Positions 27,912 through 36,832 of a stretch of DNA of 51,907 nucleotides are shown here, one piece after another. The stretch is from a virus. Its lineage: Duplodnaviria; Caudoviricetes. The notes beneath the pieces are model-generated. The model worked only from the letters and a program-made list of their open reading frames with translations. It made no database searches and was not told where the DNA came from. Location: positions 1 to 51,907 of the IMG/VR virus record IMGVR_UViG_3300017743_000014; one strand, given 5' to 3'. A program made the translations under genes and the position numbers. Each line of letters starts with the position of its first letter. Position 1 is the first letter of the stretch.

Positions 27912-28592
27912 TTATCCTAAATTCATACCTGTTGGACGAATACGAAGTGTCACACCATCATTATCAGCTGCAGCTGCATAACTGAATGTTTGCTCATAAA
28001 CTTGATTCATTAATGTAAATTTGTCTGGCATATACTTCATAGCCAGCTTGCTAGCTAGGCCAGCACAAATGCAATCGCTCCATCTGTAAGGAACATCAGC
28101 ATCTTGATTTGAAGCATCTACATCTTCAAGCTGATTTATTGACCAATAAACAAGACTGTAATCATTGCTGTCAGGAACCTGCCAAGTGTAAAGAACAGGT
28201 ATGTACTGCTTGTCAAGCATGTACTGGCTAGGCCTACCTGAAGAAGTTTTGTCTGGAAGTTGATTGTATTCTGATATGCTTATTCTCTGAACTACTGTGT
28301 CAGTTGTAGAACCACCAACAGTTTCCCTGATTACAACATCAATTAAATCAATCGTGCCTGCTGGCAAAGCATAAGATGATGTTCCTTGAGTCAGTGCAAG
28401 AGTATTGTTTTGAACTGCCCAGTAGTTTATTCCTCTGTTTGCCCACTCACTAAATAAAAGATTTAAGCTCCTGCGAGCTGCTTTTGCATGATATCCTGTC
28501 AGGGTCTGAGAGTCCATGCCGATCCTCTCATAAGACTCGGCAATGATTTCTTCAACATTTGGCCTGAAAGCCACTGTGCCTGAAGTAGCCAT
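27912..28592 (-). CDS. Tail tubular / adaptor protein
   Basis: MATSGT..F, ARRSLNLLFSEWANRGIN.W, GRP.QY, GLA..LA.K. Confidence 0.7.
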   Translation of the reverse strand: MATSGTVAFRPNVEEIIAESYERIGMDSQTLTGYHAKAARRSLNLLFSEWANRGINYWAVQNNTLALTQGTSSYALPAGTIDLIDVVIRETVGGSTTDTVVQRISISEYNQLPDKTSSGRPSQYMLDKQYIPVLYTWQVPDSNDYSLVYWSINQLEDVDASNQDADVPYRWSDCICAGLASKLAMKYMPDKFTLMNQVYEQTFSYAAAADNDGVTLRIRPTGMNLG

Positions 28593-28611
28593 ATTGCCTC
28601 CTAAGTTTTAA

Positions 28612-28633
28612 GAGGGTGACCTGAGCCACCCTC
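28612..28633 (-). terminator. GC-rich hairpin, weak terminator or processing site
   Basis: GAGGGTGGC-TCAG-GTCACCCTC with only a short T tail. Confidence 0.4.
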
Positions 28634-28639
28634 CTTGGT

Positions 28640-29053
28640 TTAATATACTTTAGCCACCCTCATGACTATTTGATAAGTATCTCCTACAGCACCTGCACCA
28701 GTGGTCGTGAACTTCACATCACCAGTCGGGCTTGTTCCGTAGCTTTTGCTTGATGGAAGTCCACCAAAAGTTGTGAAGTCTTGATAGCCAGACTGATCTT
28801 CAGACAAGTGCAACATCATAACATTAGTCGATGCAGCTGCCAATATTTGAACAGTCATGCTTTTCATTACCCACCAGCACTCAAGGATTCTTATTCCTAC
28901 ACAAGTGTCACCTGCGGAACTTACAGCCAGAGAAGAAACATCAATTTTGCTGACAGCACTTTCGTCGCCAGTATCAACATACTGGTAATGAAAAGCGAAA
29001 ACAGCCTCACGAGGATTGTCGGCTATCGTAGTTACGCTTACGATATCAGCCAT
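28640..29053 (-). CDS. Virion structural protein
   Basis: AGGAG RBS, beta-rich, lies between capsid and adaptor genes. Confidence 0.65.
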   Translation of the reverse strand: MADIVSVTTIADNPREAVFAFHYQYVDTGDESAVSKIDVSSLAVSSAGDTCVGIRILECWWVMKSMTVQILAAASTNVMMLHLSEDQSGYQDFTTFGGLPSSKSYGTSPTGDVKFTTTGAGAVGDTYQIVMRVAKVY

Positions 29054-29063
29054 CTATCTCTCC

Positions 29064-29588
29064 TTACGATGCACTACCATCAGTTCCGAATGAAGAATCG
29101 TAAACGTGGTAGTGAATTCTCAAATTGATGTTGCCACCAGTTGCAGCAGAAGCACCCACACCACCTGTAATTTTAACAGGGAAGTCTGCGCTCATCACGA
29201 AGCCGAAGTCATTCCCAACAGTTGCTGTTGAAAAATTAAAGACTGTGTGACCTGCATCTGCATCGCCATCATCAATGATTCCATCGGTGTCTGAAGTAGC
29301 ACCAGAACTTTTTATTTCGATGAAGCCAAGGTCAAAAGTCGGGTTTGTACCGCCAGTTGCATCTGCTTCTGCTTCGATATTTGTGATGATTGCGCCAGCA
29401 GGCAAGATCACTGCCTTTGAAGAGTTGCCAGTTGCGCTGGATCCTCTGCGAAGTTCTGTCGTGGTTGCTGCTGTTGGGTCAGCCATGTAGGCTGTTGCGA
29501 CGAGACTTACTGCGCCAGCAAATTCTGCATCACTTGTTTTTTGAGCCTTTCCTACACGGACTGGACCCGAGAAAGTTGTTCTAGCCAT
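29064..29588 (-). CDS. Capsid decoration-like protein
   Basis: MARTTFSGPV N-terminus, ILPAGA.I, directly after the MCP. Confidence 0.6.
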   Translation of the reverse strand: MARTTFSGPVRVGKAQKTSDAEFAGAVSLVATAYMADPTAATTTELRRGSSATGNSSKAVILPAGAIITNIEAEADATGGTNPTFDLGFIEIKSSGATSDTDGIIDDGDADAGHTVFNFSTATVGNDFGFVMSADFPVKITGGVGASAATGGNINLRIHYHVYDSSFGTDGSAS

Positions 29589-29639
29589 ATCAATCTCCTG
29601 TCGTGGCTATGTCTGCCGAAGCAGTCAGGGTTGAGTTGA

Positions 29640-29661
29640 GGGAGGAGCTTCTGCCCCTCCC
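29640..29661 (-). terminator. Hairpin after major capsid gene (no U tract)
   Basis: GGGAGGGGC-AGAA-GCTCCTCCC. Confidence 0.5.
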
Positions 29662-29670
29662 CACATTTGT

Positions 29671-30579
29671 TTAAGCTCCTTCAGAACCGAAGATGCCACG
29701 CCAGTCAGTGAACCCGAACGAATAACGCTCACGCACCTTATAACGTACATTGCCAGTTTCAAAGTCGCCCTCTACACCTTTTTTAAGAGGTGAACGTTGG
29801 AAGTGCTTAAGACCATCAGGAACATCCGTCATAATGTAGAATGCATCTGAGTCAGAAAGACGACGCATCACGTGATAACCTTGTGGCAGATAACCGCCAT
29901 TACGGATCGCATTGATGTCGTTGTCAGCAGTCCCTGTGCGTAGCTGAGACTCAAGCAGACGCTCTGCAACAAAGCTGTATGCTGTCGGGATGACAAGCAT
30001 TGTGCCTTGAGCAGCAATCCGGAGACCTCGGTCATCCTTCATGTCTGCGATTTGAATCAGCATCTGCTCCAGAGAAGTTTCTGAAAGGTCTGCCGCAGTT
30101 GCCAAAGTGTTTGACTGGTTGCCTGAACGAGTCGGGTGATCAGTCGCACACAAAGTTTTGCCATCACCACCAGTTACGCCTGAACCGCTAAAAGCATTGT
30201 TCAGAACATTAGCACCTTTGATTTCCTTTGTGGAAGCCAGTGAGCGTGCTAGTGCTTTTGTGTAACGAGCTGCAATAGATCCATAGAGACCATCTTCTTC
30301 AGCTTCTTCTGTAATGCTGAAAGCAAGAGCAATTGTCTCATGTTGATAGCGAGAGGTAAAACCTTGACTCGCTGCATCATAAGATATCGCTGCACCTTCA
30401 TTTTTTACAGGAGCATTGCCGAAGCCTTCCAAAAGGACATCTTCTTCAAATGCCTTCTGAGAGGTGTTGGTATCAAAGACTGACTGCCACTCTGGTGGAT
30501 ATCGGTCGTACTCTAAGCCAAAGAGGGTGTTCAGTCCTGGCTCGAGCATTTTCGCAAATTGCGCTCTATTCATTGCCAT
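29671..30579 (-). CDS. Major capsid protein (HK97 fold, Mu gpT-like)
   Basis: RAQ..K.LEPGLN.LFGLEY, K.EG.AI.YD, DLSETSLE, GDFETGNVRYK.RERYSFG..DWRG. Confidence 0.9.
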   Translation of the reverse strand: MAMNRAQFAKMLEPGLNTLFGLEYDRYPPEWQSVFDTNTSQKAFEEDVLLEGFGNAPVKNEGAAISYDAASQGFTSRYQHETIALAFSITEEAEEDGLYGSIAARYTKALARSLASTKEIKGANVLNNAFSGSGVTGGDGKTLCATDHPTRSGNQSNTLATAADLSETSLEQMLIQIADMKDDRGLRIAAQGTMLVIPTAYSFVAERLLESQLRTGTADNDINAIRNGGYLPQGYHVMRRLSDSDAFYIMTDVPDGLKHFQRSPLKKGVEGDFETGNVRYKVRERYSFGFTDWRGIFGSEGA

Positions 30580-30594
30580 TTTTATAGCCCTCCG

Positions 30595-31146
30595 TTAAAT
30601 ACCAGCTGTGCCTTTCAGGACATGCTCATTGATGAGCACTTCCATAACAGCATTAGCACCGAATGCATTTTCTGGTGCGTCATACAACGCCAGAATCTTA
30701 CACTGGGCACTTCCTGCTGCCATGGTTCCTGAAATTTCCATAGCTGATTGGCCTGTTATTGTTGATCCAGAACCAACTACGATATCAGCACAATTGCCGA
30801 TGTTGGTCTGGGCGGTAGTGCCAGCTGATTGGACTTTGTACACAATGTACGGATCATCGTAAACATACGCGATAATATCTGTACCTGCAGTACTAGCGAC
30901 CCAATTTTCGCTGTACACATATGAGCCATCACTTGCAGTGTATGAAACTCCTGCGAAAACACCTACATTGTTGGTGTTGGTAGCTGCTGCTTGTTCAAGT
31001 TCGCCATCGGCTGCAAGAACAACCATGTCTCCGTTGAAGATACCAGTAGCATAACCAGTTCCAATAGTGTATTTGTTAGCACGAGGTGCATAACCGCTCA
31101 TGTGGCGAACTGGGACGAACCCAAAGGCTGCATCTGTATTAGCCAT
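30595..31146 (-). CDS. Capsid cement / minor capsid protein
   Basis: MAN.DA.FG..PV, IF.GD.V, GVF.G..Y, V.DDP. Directly upstream of the MCP. Confidence 0.65.
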   Translation of the reverse strand: MANTDAAFGFVPVRHMSGYAPRANKYTIGTGYATGIFNGDMVVLAADGELEQAAATNTNNVGVFAGVSYTASDGSYVYSENWVASTAGTDIIAYVYDDPYIVYKVQSAGTTAQTNIGNCADIVVGSGSTITGQSAMEISGTMAAGSAQCKILALYDAPENAFGANAVMEVLINEHVLKGTAGI

Positions 31147-31170
31147 TTTCGCTACTCCTTATTATAGCAG

Positions 31171-31656
31171 TTAATCATCAGCCATAACCGAAATGTCTCG
31201 GCCACGACTACTCGAAGATTTCCTATCCTGATGAATAGGAATGCCCCCTGTCCTTGCCATCGCATCAAGTTCTCCAGGAATCGATTCGTTCTGAGATTGT
31301 CCACGCTCACGAAAATATTCTTTCATAGCTTTGAATTTCTCTTCAGGCATTTCACATAAGATCATGCCTTCAATTCCAATTGAACCTGCCCACTGCCCGT
31401 GATTGATAGTTGGATATCTCTGATCTTTCACCGTATCAGCAGGACGAGGATTCCAGCCCGCACGCATACGCTTGTACACGTTGTCTGGAGTCTCTCTACC
31501 CTGAATCGAGGTAGCAATCCATCGTTGAACCATCCCAGGACGGGGATCGGGTGCGTCCAACAATGATGGTGGTTTCCATGCAGTATCTGGACGAGCATCC
31601 TCTGCACGGGTTTCGGAACGAGATTCTTGTGCACGCACATTTCTATTATTAGCCAT
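31171..31656 (-). CDS. Conserved head-module hypothetical protein
   Basis: W.PPS.LDAP.P.PG...RWI, R.GW.P, G.ILC..P.E. Confidence 0.7.
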   Translation of the reverse strand: MANNRNVRAQESRSETRAEDARPDTAWKPPSLLDAPDPRPGMVQRWIATSIQGRETPDNVYKRMRAGWNPRPADTVKDQRYPTINHGQWAGSIGIEGMILCEMPEEKFKAMKEYFRERGQSQNESIPGELDAMARTGGIPIHQDRKSSSSRGRDISVMADD

Positions 31657-31658
31657 GG

Positions 31659-32579
31659 TTAGCTCCTCTGCTGTTGTTTGATCTCATTAGCATATGCCTT
31701 CAAAGATCTTTCATCATTAATACCGAGTTCTCTAGCCATTCGTAACTGATCCTGTGTCATGCGAACCCTGTTTCCTTTGTAAGTTCCCGAACCGCCTGCA
31801 GTTGGGGCGACTGGTGCTCTGCTTTTTGTCCGAGGCTTACTCTGCTCGCTCCCTGAGCTTAACTCGGGGAACACATTAAGTAAACGATTATTAAGCAGTT
31901 CGTAATAATCATCACTATTTTTGTCATGACCTTCAAGGTCTAACTGCACATCAATCGCACGTGCTGCAGCAGTTTCACGCTCAAATCCTTGGGTATTGAA
32001 CCAACGATTTTTCTGCCACCAATCCATTGCTTTCGGTGGTGCGGGTTGCTGAGCAACTGATTCAGCTCGCCCAACTGTGGGCGAAACTGCTTGTGTTGCA
32101 GCTTCTTGCTTTCGCATTTCAGCAATGCGCATTGCCGCACGCATATCAGCTATTTGTTCAGTAAATTCGAGTTGGGCTTGAGTGTCACCTTCCTCCACTG
32201 ATTTGGCCAATGCTGCCTTTGTCTGCTCGTAGCGTTGATGAAATTCGTTTTCAGCTCGATGATTGTTTCCTTGCTCAAGTCTGGCAAGCCTTGCTTCAAG
32301 CTGTGCGACTTGATCTTGAGCTTGAGTTGTTTGTAACTCAGCTTCGCGACGTTGATCTACGAGTTTTTTGATTCGCGTTTGAACCTTTTGACCGTATTCT
32401 CCATCACTATCGGACTCTTGTACTTGTTCTTCAGCCTTTTCCTCAGCTGCCTGAACTTCATCAGAGCTTCCGTCGTCAATCTCGATTTCAAGATCTTCGT
32501 CATTTTGACCTTTTGTCTTTTCAATCTCTTTTTCGATTTCTGCCAATACTTCTTCTTGTGACATGGTAGCGTCCTCCAT
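31659..32579 (-). CDS. Capsid scaffolding protein
   Basis: Acidic N-terminus, VQ.RI.KL coiled coil, W..KN.WF, V.MT..Q..MA..LG C-terminus. Confidence 0.7.
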   Translation of the reverse strand: MEDATMSQEEVLAEIEKEIEKTKGQNDEDLEIEIDDGSSDEVQAAEEKAEEQVQESDSDGEYGQKVQTRIKKLVDQRREAELQTTQAQDQVAQLEARLARLEQGNNHRAENEFHQRYEQTKAALAKSVEEGDTQAQLEFTEQIADMRAAMRIAEMRKQEAATQAVSPTVGRAESVAQQPAPPKAMDWWQKNRWFNTQGFERETAAARAIDVQLDLEGHDKNSDDYYELLNNRLLNVFPELSSGSEQSKPRTKSRAPVAPTAGGSGTYKGNRVRMTQDQLRMARELGINDERSLKAYANEIKQQQRS

Positions 32580-32588
32580 GGTTAATCG

Positions 32589-32993
32589 CTATGTTAAATA
32601 TGATGTAAGGGTTGCACCTTCTGGGATGATTGATGTGATTTCATCATCATTCAGCAAGAGCATCTTTACACCATTCACTGTTAGTTTTTGACCTGCATAC
32701 TTCCCGTACGTAACACAGTCACCCACTTGTGGCCAATCGCCTTTCCATGAGCTGCCTGTTTCACGATCTCGGTATGCTAGTTCCCCTTTGGCCAAAATGT
32801 TTCCATGGGCAGTGAGATACTCCTCATTTTCCATGCTTTGGGATGGCAGATAGATTCCACCTTTGGTCTGTTTCTTAGCCTGATTTGGCTGAACCAAAAC
32901 TTTCCAACCCATAGGTTTTGGGAACTGATGCGACGCAATTGTCGCATTACTTTCCTCATCTGTGATGAGATCTTTTGCATGTGGATGAGACAT
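32589..32993 (-). CDS. GroES-like co-chaperonin
   Basis: PMGWKVLV, TKGGIYLP mobile loop, VGD.V.YGKYAG, LLNDDEI. Confidence 0.85.
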   Translation of the reverse strand: MSHPHAKDLITDEESNATIASHQFPKPMGWKVLVQPNQAKKQTKGGIYLPSQSMENEEYLTAHGNILAKGELAYRDRETGSSWKGDWPQVGDCVTYGKYAGQKLTVNGVKMLLLNDDEITSIIPEGATLTSYLT

Positions 32994-32996
32994 GAT

Positions 32997-33197
32997 TTAT
33001 ACATCCTCCTCGTCATCTAGTTTTTTCATCATATCGCCAATGATCTGATGAGCTCTGTCGAGACCCTCAGCTACACCGACGCTCTTTTTATACGACTCCT
33101 GATCTTGCATGCGACCAAGAACCATATTTTCAGCTATCGTCGCCCTCTCTTCTTTGAGATCTCTCTGAATCTTCCTCAACAGGTCTGTCACTGTCAT
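32997..33197 (-). CDS. Hypothetical protein
   Basis: Short helical ORF before groES-like gene. Confidence 0.7.
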   Translation of the reverse strand: MTVTDLLRKIQRDLKEERATIAENMVLGRMQDQESYKKSVGVAEGLDRAHQIIGDMMKKLDDEEDV

Positions 33198-33273
33198 TTT
33201 TTAACTCCGACTTTCCCGCCATTGAAACTCCAGAAACGAAGACTTCAACAACTTCAACTTCTTCATCATGCAT
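33130..33273 (-). CDS. 47-aa acidic micro-ORF (not in ORF track)
   Basis: MHDEEVEVVEVFVSGVSMAGKSELK..., start overlaps the upstream stop. Confidence 0.4.
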   Translation of the reverse strand: MHDEEVEVVEVFVSGVSMAGKSELKNDSDRPVEEDSERSQRREGDDS

Positions 33274-33412
33274 AAGATGATTTCTTTTTCATCTTTTTCT
33301 TGCCAGCCATTTTCTTCGTAGGCTTTTTCTTCATAGTCTTTTTCTTTTTACCTGCGTGATCCATCTTTGACCCTCCTTTGGTTATGAGCGATGAAAACGA
33401 AGCTCTGTTCAT
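33266..33412 (-). CDS. 48-aa Lys-rich micro-protein (not in ORF track)
   Basis: MNRASFSSLITKGGSKMDHAGKKKKTMKKKPTKKMAGKKKMKKKSSYA. ATGA-coupled to the upstream gene. Confidence 0.6.
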   Translation of the reverse strand: MNRASFSSLITKGGSKMDHAGKKKKTMKKKPTKKMAGKKKMKKKSSYA

Positions 33413-33705
33413 TTCTTTTTAGCCTTTTTCTTGCCTTTAATCAAATCGGCATCTGCTTTACGTGCGCCACCTTTGCCAGTAGCGAACGATCTTACCCGAC
33501 CAATAGCCCAAGAAGTGGGTGTTTGGCCAGGACGGGATCCTGATGAATAGTATGCGCCCATGCCTCTTTTGGCAACTTTGCGGAGCTTGTCTTTTGAAAA
33601 GCCTGAAGACTTACTATATTTATCAATAGCTGCTTCTAGGCCACCACCTTTTTTCTTTTTACTTGCGCTTTTTTTTGCTGGCTTTTTTGTAGCTTTTGGT
33701 GACAT
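33409..33705 (-). CDS. Basic protein, DUF5824-like
   Basis: LRKV..RG.GAY.SSGSRPG.TP..WA..RV.SF pattern. GGAGG RBS. Confidence 0.6.
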   Translation of the reverse strand: MSPKATKKPAKKSASKKKKGGGLEAAIDKYSKSSGFSKDKLRKVAKRGMGAYYSSGSRPGQTPTSWAIGRVRSFATGKGGARKADADLIKGKKKAKKK

Positions 33706-33883
33706 TTTTAGACCTCCTCTTTGCTATTCGCTCCATCTCAGCTTTGGTAAGTTTGCCTTCACGATACTTTTTGGCTGTGCTTTTAATTTCAGCTTCTTGG
33801 GCTTTTTTATTTTTTGCGCCAAGAACATATTTTACGTTGACGCCTTTTTTAGTTTTGGGCTGGGTTTTGAACTTGCGTGCCAT
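33659..33883 (-). CDS. Small Lys/Arg-rich protein
   Basis: GGAGGG RBS, highly basic. Confidence 0.65.
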   Translation of the reverse strand: MARKFKTQPKTKKGVNVKYVLGAKNKKAQEAEIKSTAKKYREGKLTKAEMERIAKRRSKNVTKSYKKASKKKRK

Positions 33884-34529
33884 TTTGCCCTCCTATTGCT
33901 GATAGTGCTCCTGGAGCTGCAATGCCCGCAACACTTAAAAATTTAATTAGATCGCCGAGAGTCCCGATGTTCCTGCTAGGGATCTCAACATCGTTAATAA
34001 ATGACTCTTCACTGAAGACTGGGGTGTCTGGTGACATTGTTTGCAGTCTTGGTGTTTTATATTGAGGGACAACTTCAACAAGTGACTTGGGATAGCCCAA
34101 CTCCTTCATGGCTGTGTTCATGTGCCTGCCATCATGCATGTTAACTTTCAAAGATCCATCATTTTGAAGCCTCAGACCCAGTTGCGGGAAGGTAAACTCC
34201 TCCCTAGGAACTCCTGCTGCTATGTCTGCTTTCTTTTTGTCAATTGTTTCTCTTATAAAGTCAAAACCCTTTTGATCAAGAGGCATCTGTGCAGCCATAT
34301 CAAGGAATCTTTGAGGGTCTGTTACGCCAAGGCCACTGCCTGCTGTTCTTGAGTTGTATATCGCTCTGCCAATGTCTTCTTCGTCATAGAGCTTGAAGAA
34401 TCTTGGATCCTCTTTTACTATTTTCTCAGCCTTTGCCCCGTATGTTGATGCTGTTTGATCAGGTGTCATGAATACCTTTTTGCCGAGGCTATCCAAAAAC
34501 TCGCTGACTATTTTTGATACTGCACCCAT
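33849..34529 (-). CDS. Hypothetical protein with ParB/Srx-like motif
   Basis: VNMHDGRHM.TAM..LG. Confidence 0.5.
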   Translation of the reverse strand: MGAVSKIVSEFLDSLGKKVFMTPDQTASTYGAKAEKIVKEDPRFFKLYDEEDIGRAIYNSRTAGSGLGVTDPQRFLDMAAQMPLDQKGFDFIRETIDKKKADIAAGVPREEFTFPQLGLRLQNDGSLKVNMHDGRHMNTAMKELGYPKSLVEVVPQYKTPRLQTMSPDTPVFSEESFINDVEIPSRNIGTLGDLIKFLSVAGIAAPGALSAIGGQNGTQVQNPAQN

Positions 34530-34531
34530 TA

Positions 34532-35662
34532 TTATTCGCCAACTATTGTAGTGTCTTGTTCAACAGCATTCATCCAATCAACAATGTTAACACGTGAATT
34601 AGGATATTCACTTTTGTATTGATCGAAGCTTCCTGAGAATGATTTCATTCTTGAGATCTCCTCTGCTTCATCAACAGGGAGATCAAAGCCCTCTTTTTTC
34701 ATCAGACCATCAGCTTCTTCATCTGACAGTTTGTAAATATCTTTGAGGTCTTCTTTTATAGCATCACGAACATCATCATATGTATCAGCTATATCAAATC
34801 TGCTTGAATCAGAAGCCTGATCAACAAGATCCATCATGTCATCACCAACATCTTCTATTTCATCAAGATTATCAATGAAATCATAATCGAATGTTTCAAA
34901 TTCTTCGACAAGATAATCGTCAATCAGTCGTTTTGCGTTTGGCAAGTCTCTTAAGATGTTAAAGTTTTTAGGAAGAGCTAGCCTCGTAGCTTTGGCAACA
35001 GGAGCGACATCATCAATCTTCCCCAAAGGCAACTTGCTCAGTGCACCTGCGACTGGTGTTGCTGCCATGCCTTGAACAAATGTTCTGCGAGGGATATTTG
35101 GACCAGCTGAAGCTATCAATGGCTCTGCATTTGGAACAATGTCTGAGGAAGTTTTGCGTCCCAAGCTACTCAAGAATCCCTTAATAGGCCTTGTGACTGC
35201 TTTGGCAAAGGGCAAAGCCTCAACAGCACTCAGACCCAAGTTAATGCTTGGCGCGATATAATCGGTTGCTGTTTGTGCCTTCCCTATATCTCTGGCAGCC
35301 TCCTCACTTGCATAAACCAGACCCATATTAAGACCTGTGTTCAAACTAGGGATCGGTATGAAATCAGCGATGCCAATGCCCCCAGCATTCCTTGGATCTG
35401 GACCAGCATTACCATAAATGCCTTCAGCGGCATCTTGTGCCAAAATTTTTGAAAGGCCACCATATTCTTGCAAAAAGTTTGCCAGTGCGGAGCGATCTTT
35501 CTCGCGCATTGTTGGTTCGTATGCACCAATAGTGCCTTCTTTGGCCATATAATCAGCTGTTGCCTGAGGAGCAAAATACATACGCCCAGTTGCGTCCATG
35601 CCTGTTTCGGGATTGAACAGGCGATCATTCTCTGGGTCGTAATAGTTGCTCTTGTCAGCCAT
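34532..35662 (-). CDS. Hypothetical protein (putative internal virion protein)
   Basis: Long ORF, TGATG coupled, acidic C-terminus, internal RRxFxxG motif. Confidence 0.65.
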   Translation of the reverse strand: MADKSNYYDPENDRLFNPETGMDATGRMYFAPQATADYMAKEGTIGAYEPTMREKDRSALANFLQEYGGLSKILAQDAAEGIYGNAGPDPRNAGGIGIADFIPIPSLNTGLNMGLVYASEEAARDIGKAQTATDYIAPSINLGLSAVEALPFAKAVTRPIKGFLSSLGRKTSSDIVPNAEPLIASAGPNIPRRTFVQGMAATPVAGALSKLPLGKIDDVAPVAKATRLALPKNFNILRDLPNAKRLIDDYLVEEFETFDYDFIDNLDEIEDVGDDMMDLVDQASDSSRFDIADTYDDVRDAIKEDLKDIYKLSDEEADGLMKKEGFDLPVDEAEEISRMKSFSGSFDQYKSEYPNSRVNIVDWMNAVEQDTTIVGE

Positions 35663-35853
35663 CAGACTTGTCCTCCTGAAAGCTCTCTCGCAAGAACCTG
35701 CAATGTTTCTTGAAAACCTTTGTCAAGCTCTTTTGCAGCCATGGCGAACTTCTTTGGGCTGACTTCTTCAGTCTTGATTCCTCTGCGATCTAAAAAACTC
35801 TTTGCTGCTCTTATTTCTGCTGCTGCTACTTTTTTGATTGCTGCTCTTGCCAT
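35662..35853 (-). CDS. Hypothetical protein
   Basis: Operon position and coupling. Confidence 0.6.
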   Translation of the reverse strand: MARAAIKKVAAAEIRAAKSFLDRRGIKTEEVSPKKFAMAAKELDKGFQETLQVLARELSGGQV

Positions 35854-35856
35854 GGT

Positions 35857-36066
35857 CTAACCTTTGATCTTTTTTGTTATATATAAAAATGCTGCGTAAA
35901 CAATGAAGCCATATATTGTTGCTATGCCTATGTCAAGCAAATGCTCACGCATATGATAAATAAATTCTATTCCTGCTTGAACGTCGCTTTGCGAACCGCC
36001 AGAGCCAATGTTAATTGACTTTGTGCCAACCTCTCCTATTGTTTGCTCAATATTTATTTCATCCAT
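35857..36066 (-). CDS. Small membrane protein
   Basis: Start re-assigned to MDEINIEQ. C-terminal TM segment. Confidence 0.6.
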   Translation of the reverse strand: MDEINIEQTIGEVGTKSINIGSGGSQSDVQAGIEFIYHMREHLLDIGIATIYGFIVYAAFLYITKKIKG

Positions 36067-36067
36067 A

Positions 36068-36325
36068 TTACCATGCCTTGCAAGACCAATAGCGTGCTTT
36101 TGTTTTTGGTCCAGGATTATCGCAGTTATGACGTGAGCGGAAGTTGCTTCTGCGTCCTTCTTGATTTTTCTTAATGCGCATGTTCGGATCCCCAAAAGTC
36201 ACACGCTTCACTCTATCGCCATCTTTAACATAAACGACAGATTTCTTTTTGCCATATGATGGTTCGCCTTTGCCAATGCGACGAGGCTTGTTAAGAGTTA
36301 CTGTGCGTCCTTTGTATTTGGCCAT
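36068..36325 (-). CDS. Small basic protein of the FRxRHxC...YWSC type
   Basis: V.FGDPNM.IK....RR..FR.RH.C.......ARYWSC..W. TAATG start. Confidence 0.7.
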   Translation of the reverse strand: MAKYKGRTVTLNKPRRIGKGEPSYGKKKSVVYVKDGDRVKRVTFGDPNMRIKKNQEGRRSNFRSRHNCDNPGPKTKARYWSCKAW

Positions 36326-36552
36326 TAATATATCCTCACAGAGTCTTTTTGAACATACTTGGGAATGCAATAAGACGTGACTTTGTCTTTGGCTGACATC
36401 CTGTCAAGGTATTGGTAGTTGCCATATCTTTTTGCCATTTGACTCGCATACCAGTTACACTCCACAAGATCGTAAAAATACATATCTTGACTTATAAGTT
36501 TTCTGCTGTCGCCAGCTCCTAAATAAACCATTAACAAAAAAACATGAACCAT
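36325..36552 (-). CDS. Hypothetical protein with hydrophobic N-terminus and Cys pair
   Basis: Coupled ORF. Confidence 0.6.
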   Translation of the reverse strand: MVHVFLLMVYLGAGDSRKLISQDMYFYDLVECNWYASQMAKRYGNYQYLDRMSAKDKVTSYCIPKYVQKDSVRIY

Positions 36553-36708
36553 TCATTTAGAGTGTGCTTTCTGCACTTCAAAAGACGCTTTCTTGCTAGC
36601 ACCTTTGTGAGACTTGTATCCTGTTGATGGGTCTTTCATTAGCTTATAGCCTTTGCCTGACTTCATCCAGTGAAAGCCTTTAGGTGCTTCTACGCTTCTT
36701 TTTGCCAC
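36553..36708 (-). CDS. Small basic protein
   Basis: GTG start behind AAGGAG. APKGFHWMK...LMK.P..GYK.HKGA. Confidence 0.6.
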   Translation of the reverse strand: MAKRSVEAPKGFHWMKSGKGYKLMKDPSTGYKSHKGASKKASFEVQKAHSK

Positions 36709-36832
36709 GCTTGTCTCCTTTGTATCCTGCCGCATAGATGGCTCTTCCTTGACGCTCGGCTGCTGCCTTTGTCTTGTAGACTTTGCCAGATGATCCCCAT
36801 CTGTAGCCACCTTTGACTTTGCGGACTGGCAT
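36680..36832 (-). CDS. 50-aa basic micro-protein (not in ORF track)
   Basis: MPVRKVKGGYRWGSSGKVYKTKAAAERQGRAIYAAGYKGDKRGKKKRRST. TAATG coupling. Confidence 0.65.
   Translation of the reverse strand: MPVRKVKGGYRWGSSGKVYKTKAAAERQGRAIYAAGYKGDKRGKKKRRST

Noticed and set aside
33409-33883. Programmed frameshift joining the two overlapping basic ORFs through A-runs
   Set aside because: The downstream ORF has its own GGAGG RBS and ATG, and the A-runs are explained by Lys codons.
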